Assembly (NCBI GenBank): GCA_964016885.1
Contig: OZ024746.1
Coordinates: 66,402,001-66,466,000, forward strand
Length of the DNA stretch: 64,000 bases
Origin: Eledone cirrhosa
Taxonomy: Eukaryota
Direction: 5' to 3'
The translations under genes were made by a program, and so were the position numbers. The notes beneath the pieces were generated by a model, which saw only the letters and a program-made list of their open reading frames with translations, did not search any database and was not told the DNA's origin. Every line of letters begins with the position of its first letter. The stretch's first letter is position 1. Positions 58,476 through 64,000 of the stretch are shown here, one piece after another.

Positions 58476-59682
58476 ATGGTGATATCCACCGATGAAGTAT
58501 GCGACAAAACTGGTCGATGTTCCAAAATAGATAATTGCCCAGAAGATCACATCTGCCATATCTGTACGGAACCCGAAAACTCGTTCCGTATTCGTTGGGT
58601 CGAATGTGGAACCTGTCACATCTCTGTCTGCCTTCAATGCGCCACAGGCTTCCGGAAGATCCCAGGCCAAAACAAGAAACATCATATTGCTACGATGGAT
58701 AGACTCCGGGAGATGGTCCAGCTAACAAACTGGTCCTTTCCTTGCCTGGACTGTATGCCTGCTTCTCCCATTGCTGCGGAACAACAAAAACAAGAAAAAC
58801 CGAAGATTGTGTCTTCTTCTACCATTGTTCCCGAACAACAACAACAAAAACCGAGCATCGTGTCTTCCTCTACCATTGTTCCTGAACAACAGCAAAAACC
58901 AACGACCGTAGCTTCTGCTACTACCCCCGTTCAAGGACATCATCAACAACAGCAACCCATGTCTTCCTCCCCCGTTACTTTTCAACAACAACAACAACCG
59001 ACGACTGTGTCTTCTCCTACCATGCCTGTTGAAGGAGAAGAACAACAACAAAAACCGACCGTCAATACGGAGTTTGAGGAAATACGGCAAATGATTTCCG
59101 CTTTAAGCCAAGAAATAGCGGAAATAAAATCAAGCGTTCTTGTAGAAACCCACAATGAGGGATCTTACCGGAGTGCCTTGTTAAAAAATCTCCGCGTACC
59201 TCATGTTGAACCTACACGCATTGAGAATGCCACTGAATCTGCAAACAACGAAGTGATTGTCATTGGTGTACCAGAAGACATAGTTGATCTTCACGCATTT
59301 GCTGCCAGTTCATCCAAAGACCTGGGCTGTGCTCCCGCAAAGGGTGCTGTACGCCTTGGCCGACCAGGCCCGAAACCCAGGCTAATTAGACTGTCGTTTT
59401 CAAACTCAAATGAGGCACGTTCCTACCTTGTAGCCTCTGATAAAGCTAGGCGTGAAAGTCGGATTGCTTTCCGAACACGCCCTGGTCTTCCACCTGTTGC
59501 GTGCTGCAGCTTCCTTAAACCTCAGCTCGGCAGAACATGAAAGCTTCAGCTTACGAGATGATGGGCAGATATGGAAGTTTGTTAAGGCTGACGAAACATG
59601 GAAAATAGACACCAGCTGGTCTGAAAACACTGTACCCACAACAACTGACAATAAAGAAACTGAAAAAACTCTGGGAAACTAA
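58476..59682 (+). pseudogene. LINE ORF1 (PHD-like finger, Gln-rich repeats, coiled coil, RRM-like), frameshifted near the 3' end
   Basis: CHIC...WVECGTCHISVCLQC...CLDC; VIVIGVPE; RLGRPGPKPRLIRLSF. Confidence 0.8.
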
Positions 59683-59729
59683 ATCAGAACAACCTGCCAT
59701 CCCCTGCACATAATCATAGACTGGAATCA

Positions 59730-62480
59730 AGGTACAAATTGTTGTCCTTGAATGCACGTAGTCTATGCAATAAGATTCATCTTTTTGACTCCTACGTCAA
59801 AAGTATCAACCCTGACTTCATTACAGTCACGGAAACTTGGGCACATCCCTTACTCTGTGATTGGGTTTTTCAGCATGACTGGCTACAATCTGTTTCGTAA
59901 AGACCGCATTAATCGTCGTGGTGGTGGTGTAATAGTCTACGTTCGGTCAAATCTGTCGGCAATTCCTTGTGCTGATTTGAACCAATCACAGCAGGAAGTT
60001 TTTTTCTGCGATATACGTATGACCATGTCAACACTGCTACTTGGAGTCGTTTACCGTCCTCCAAATTACCATCAGGACACTCAACTTTGTGATATCCTCA
60101 GAGCTGCTGCCAGGAAGACAGTCACTTATGTTTTCATTGCAGGAGACTCCAATCACCCTGAGATTGACTGGGAAACATTTCGTTAGCCGCCAAGTGCAAA
60201 TGTCTTCCTTGAGCTAGTACTGGACTCGAGTTGGTCCCAGGTGGTCACCTCTCCAACAAGAGGTGACAACACTTTGGACCTACTCTTCACCACTACTCCT
60301 GAAACGGTCATTAGTGTTACTCCTGAGGAACGTTTAGGTGACTCTGATCATGCTATGATCATTGCCAATCTATCCCTCATGGGCAGTAACAAGAACCACA
60401 ACCATCTCCAAACTGCTCACTTTGACTGGAATAAAGCAGACTGGAACTATTACTGCACCGAGTTGCAAAGGCCAAACTTGCTTGAGTTCTACGACTCTGG
60501 ATATGTCAACACTGTACTCAACATCCTGAGCTCAATTAGGACAGCATGTGCAGCATCGGTGCCACGTAAGCGGAAAAAAACATCCCAAAAGTGCAATTTG
60601 GGAGACTGCAGCAGTCCGTCTTGCCAGAAAAGAACGGCGCAATGCTGAACGTGAGTACAAACTTCACAAATCAGACATTAATAGGAAGAGGCGTAATAGA
60701 TCGTCAAACCACCTCAAACAGGTGACAAAAAAGGCAGTGCTTCAATTTGAGCAGCGCATAGCAACCAGCCCTGACAGTAAGGTGCTCTGGAAGTATGTTC
60801 ACTCAAAGCAGAGGCCTCACTCTCCAGTTGGTCCTCTTCTCAATCCCCACACAAGCCAGGTTACTGACGACCCCAAGGAATGCACAGAGCTCATTGCTGA
60901 ATGCTATGCAGGCATTTTCACTATTGAAGACCAGAGTGTACCATATCCACCACCTATGACACCGGACTCTATTACAACCATGGAATTTACACCTGCAATG
61001 CTGCGACGTCACCTAAAAAATAAACGCAATCATGCCTCTCCTGGTCTTGATGGTGTTACGTACCTGCTTCTTAAACGTGGTGGGTACTTCCTTCTGCACC
61101 AGTTATCACGCTTCTTCCTATTCTGTCTGAACAACGGTGCTACTCCAGAACAGTGGAAAACTGCCAGTGTCATTCCTATGTTCAAAAAGGGTGACCGCAC
61201 ATCACCTGTGAACTATCGTCCAGTCAGTCTTACTAGTTGCATCGCCAAACTGATGGAATGCTGTGTCAGAGAAACACTTTGGAAGTTCTGGAGCTCTCAC
61301 AATCTTATCCGGCCCTCGCAATTTGGATGTATCCCCAACTCCAGCTGCTGTGATCAACTTATAGACTTTCTTGAGGACATCACCCGGATCACTGATGGCG
61401 GCTCATGGGCGGATGTTGTTTACCTTGACTTTGCGAAAGCCTTCAATTCTGTGCCACACAAAAGGCTTATAGCAAAACTCTCTGCAATGGGTGTGAAGGC
61501 TGATCTTTTTAACTGGTTGAAGTCCTTCATTCTCAGTCGAAGAGAGGTAGTCACGGTTCTGGGACAGCATTCCTCACCATATGAGATGTCATCTGGTGTA
61601 CCACAGGGATCTGTTCTTGGCTCCCTTTTGTTTGTGGCATATATTAATGACATAGATGCCAACTTAAAGAATGCCACGGTACTAAAGTACGCAGACGACA
61701 TCAAACTGTACCTTGAGATAAAAAGGACAGATCCTGCACACTATAAATCTTGCTTGCAGTCTGACCTGGACACAATACAACAATGGATCTCAGACTGGCA
61801 ACTCAAGCTAGCTGTGGACAAGTGCACCACCATGCATTTTGGGAGTAAAACCCAGCGTCCACATACTCCCTCCATAGCACTAATATCAAGAAGTCTTCTT
61901 GTGAATGTGACCTGGGCATTACGGTCAGCAGCGATTTGTGTTGGACGAGGCACGTCTCTAAAATTGTCAGGCGGGCCGATGGTGTCTTAGCATCACTCAG
62001 CAAGACCTTTGTCAGCCGCTCTCCAGATATCTATTTAAGGCTGTACATGGCTATAGTGCGACCACACTTAGAATTTGCATCACCTGTCTGGAACCCCTAT
62101 CTTGCTCAGAACATTGACCGCCTGTAAACTGTTCAGAGACGTGCAACCAAGCGAATACCATCCATCAGGCATCTACCATACTCTGAACGCCTTGCTTCCC
62201 TGGGCATGGATACATTGAAGCTCCGACGCCTGGCAACTGACTTGGTAAACACCCACAAAATTGTTAACCATGTTGCCAACAACAACCCTGAGTACCTTTT
62301 TGATTTCCATGTGTCTAACACACGTGGACATGCCCACAAAGTAAGAAAACAGCACAAAAAACATGTTTTCAAGCTCAGAGTTGTTGAAGCATGGAACAAA
62401 CTACCTGCATCAGTTGTTAGCTGTCAAGACACTGCATCCTTAAGGCCTCCATGATTCCCGAGATCCGCCAACACTACAGC
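59730..62480 (+). pseudogene. LINE ORF2 (APE + RT), disrupted
   Basis: LNARSL, RKDR..RRGGGV, YRPP, SDHAMI, NYRPVSLTS, YLDFAKAF, SGVPQGSVLG, YADD, VRPHLEFASPVWNP, with stops and frameshifts. Confidence 0.93.
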
Positions 62481-62621
62481 TAATGTTCCCCCTCCATATA
62501 CATACACACATGTATACCATGACACTATTCACTTACTTGACATTTGTGTATTATTCTATGTACTATACATACACCTTTGACGAGTTGTAGTGCACCTGAG
62601 CACTTTACACAATAATTTCAT

Positions 62622-62794
<173 letters not shown>

Positions 62795-62869
62795 ATATAT
62801 ATATATATATGTGTGTGTGTATATACATATATATATATATGTGTGTGTGTGTGTGTATATGTGTGTCTG

Positions 62870-63545
62870 TATGTGTGTGTGTGTAGACGTATGTGTGTAT
62901 ACGTGAGTGTCGGCGTGTATATATATATGTATGTGTATATGTATGCATATGTATCTGCAGATGTGCATATGTGTGTACGTAAATATATGTATGTGTATAT
63001 ATATATATATATATATATGGCAGTGTATGTTTATGTATATGTACGGATGCGTACGTGTGTGTGTGCATATATATATATAGGGGTGTGTGTATGTGTGTGT
63101 ATATGTGTGCCTCTCTGTGTGCATGTATGCGTATATTTGTGTGACTATTTATGTGTGTGAACGTAAGCACACAAGCTACTCTGTATGTATCTCTCAGCGT
63201 CTGTGTGTGTGTGAGTGTGTATGTGTGTGCGAGTGGGGGTGTGAGCTGACAAACAGCAGTAATTTTGCTGTGGGTGAGTGACAGCTCACGCCCTGACGTC
63301 AGCGGGCTGCTACAAGTGACCAACCCAAGGGCGCGCAAACGGATGAAGGTGGACGATAGAGGCTTGTAAGGCCAGAAAACCCCAAAAAGAGAATATGATC
63401 CGAAATCAATAGACGTATCTGAGGAATCTGCGAGTCTAGAGTCAGGTTGATCCATACACAGATCGCACCTCGAGCTGTTCGCCGGGGAAACAATTGTAAC
63501 ACACAATAAATTGAATTCCGATACATCACTGATTTTTCGTTTTCC

Positions 63546-63549
<4 letters not shown>
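62870..63549 (+). mobile_element. Right arm of the large inverted repeat, containing an HHR with long stem II
   Basis: gtat-CTGAGGA-a.tctgcga[..]tcgccgg.g-GAA-ACAATTGT-A-acac at 63415-63502. Confidence 0.7.
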
Positions 63550-63607
<58 letters not shown>

Positions 63608-63762
63608 TAAAATTAGTCCTTCGTCAGTGATCTTCCAACTTTCATTGGTATTTCATCGCTTTAAAAATCATATACCTCTAGTTGAGGCGAGCAATAACAA
63701 ATAAAGTTATTGGGACAAGTAAAATAGGGTGAAACGAGCGAGAAATGTAAACAAACAACGAT

Positions 63763-63797
<35 letters not shown>

Positions 63798-64000
63798 TTG
63801 CAACGCAAGCGCTTTCAAAATCAACAACCCCACGGTTATTATACTAACTGACTGAATTTATAATAGTATGCTGAACTGAAACCAAATAGGATCGTATTTT
63901 TTATTGGCAGCATGATCTTCCCAAATGTAAACAATATATGTTTCAACACATACGAAATATGGATTTTATATATATATATATTAAAATATAAATATTAATA

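Overview
AT-rich eukaryotic DNA dense in (TA)n/(CA)n/(GA)n microsatellites. The SINE families resemble octopus SINEs, so a cephalopod source is inferred, not proven. No host gene is firmly identifiable; nearly all 'IYIYIY/HTHT/CVCV' ORFs are microsatellite artefacts. The main elements are: a young Penelope-like (Naiad-type) RT+GIY-YIG retroelement in head-to-head inverted form (15767-22703), two disrupted CR1/L2-type LINEs, tRNA-derived SINEs, and mariner, pogo and Tx1/L1 remnants. The most striking pattern is about 30 minimal type I hammerhead ribozyme (HHR) motifs from at least 15 apparently distinct families, all folded by eye. They lie in small non-coding elements inserted in (TA)n that share the large element's layout: a divergent palindrome, one HHR per arm and a one-sided tail. 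One family is a ~527-bp tandem retrozyme-like repeat. Coordinates were counted by hand and may be off by a few bases.
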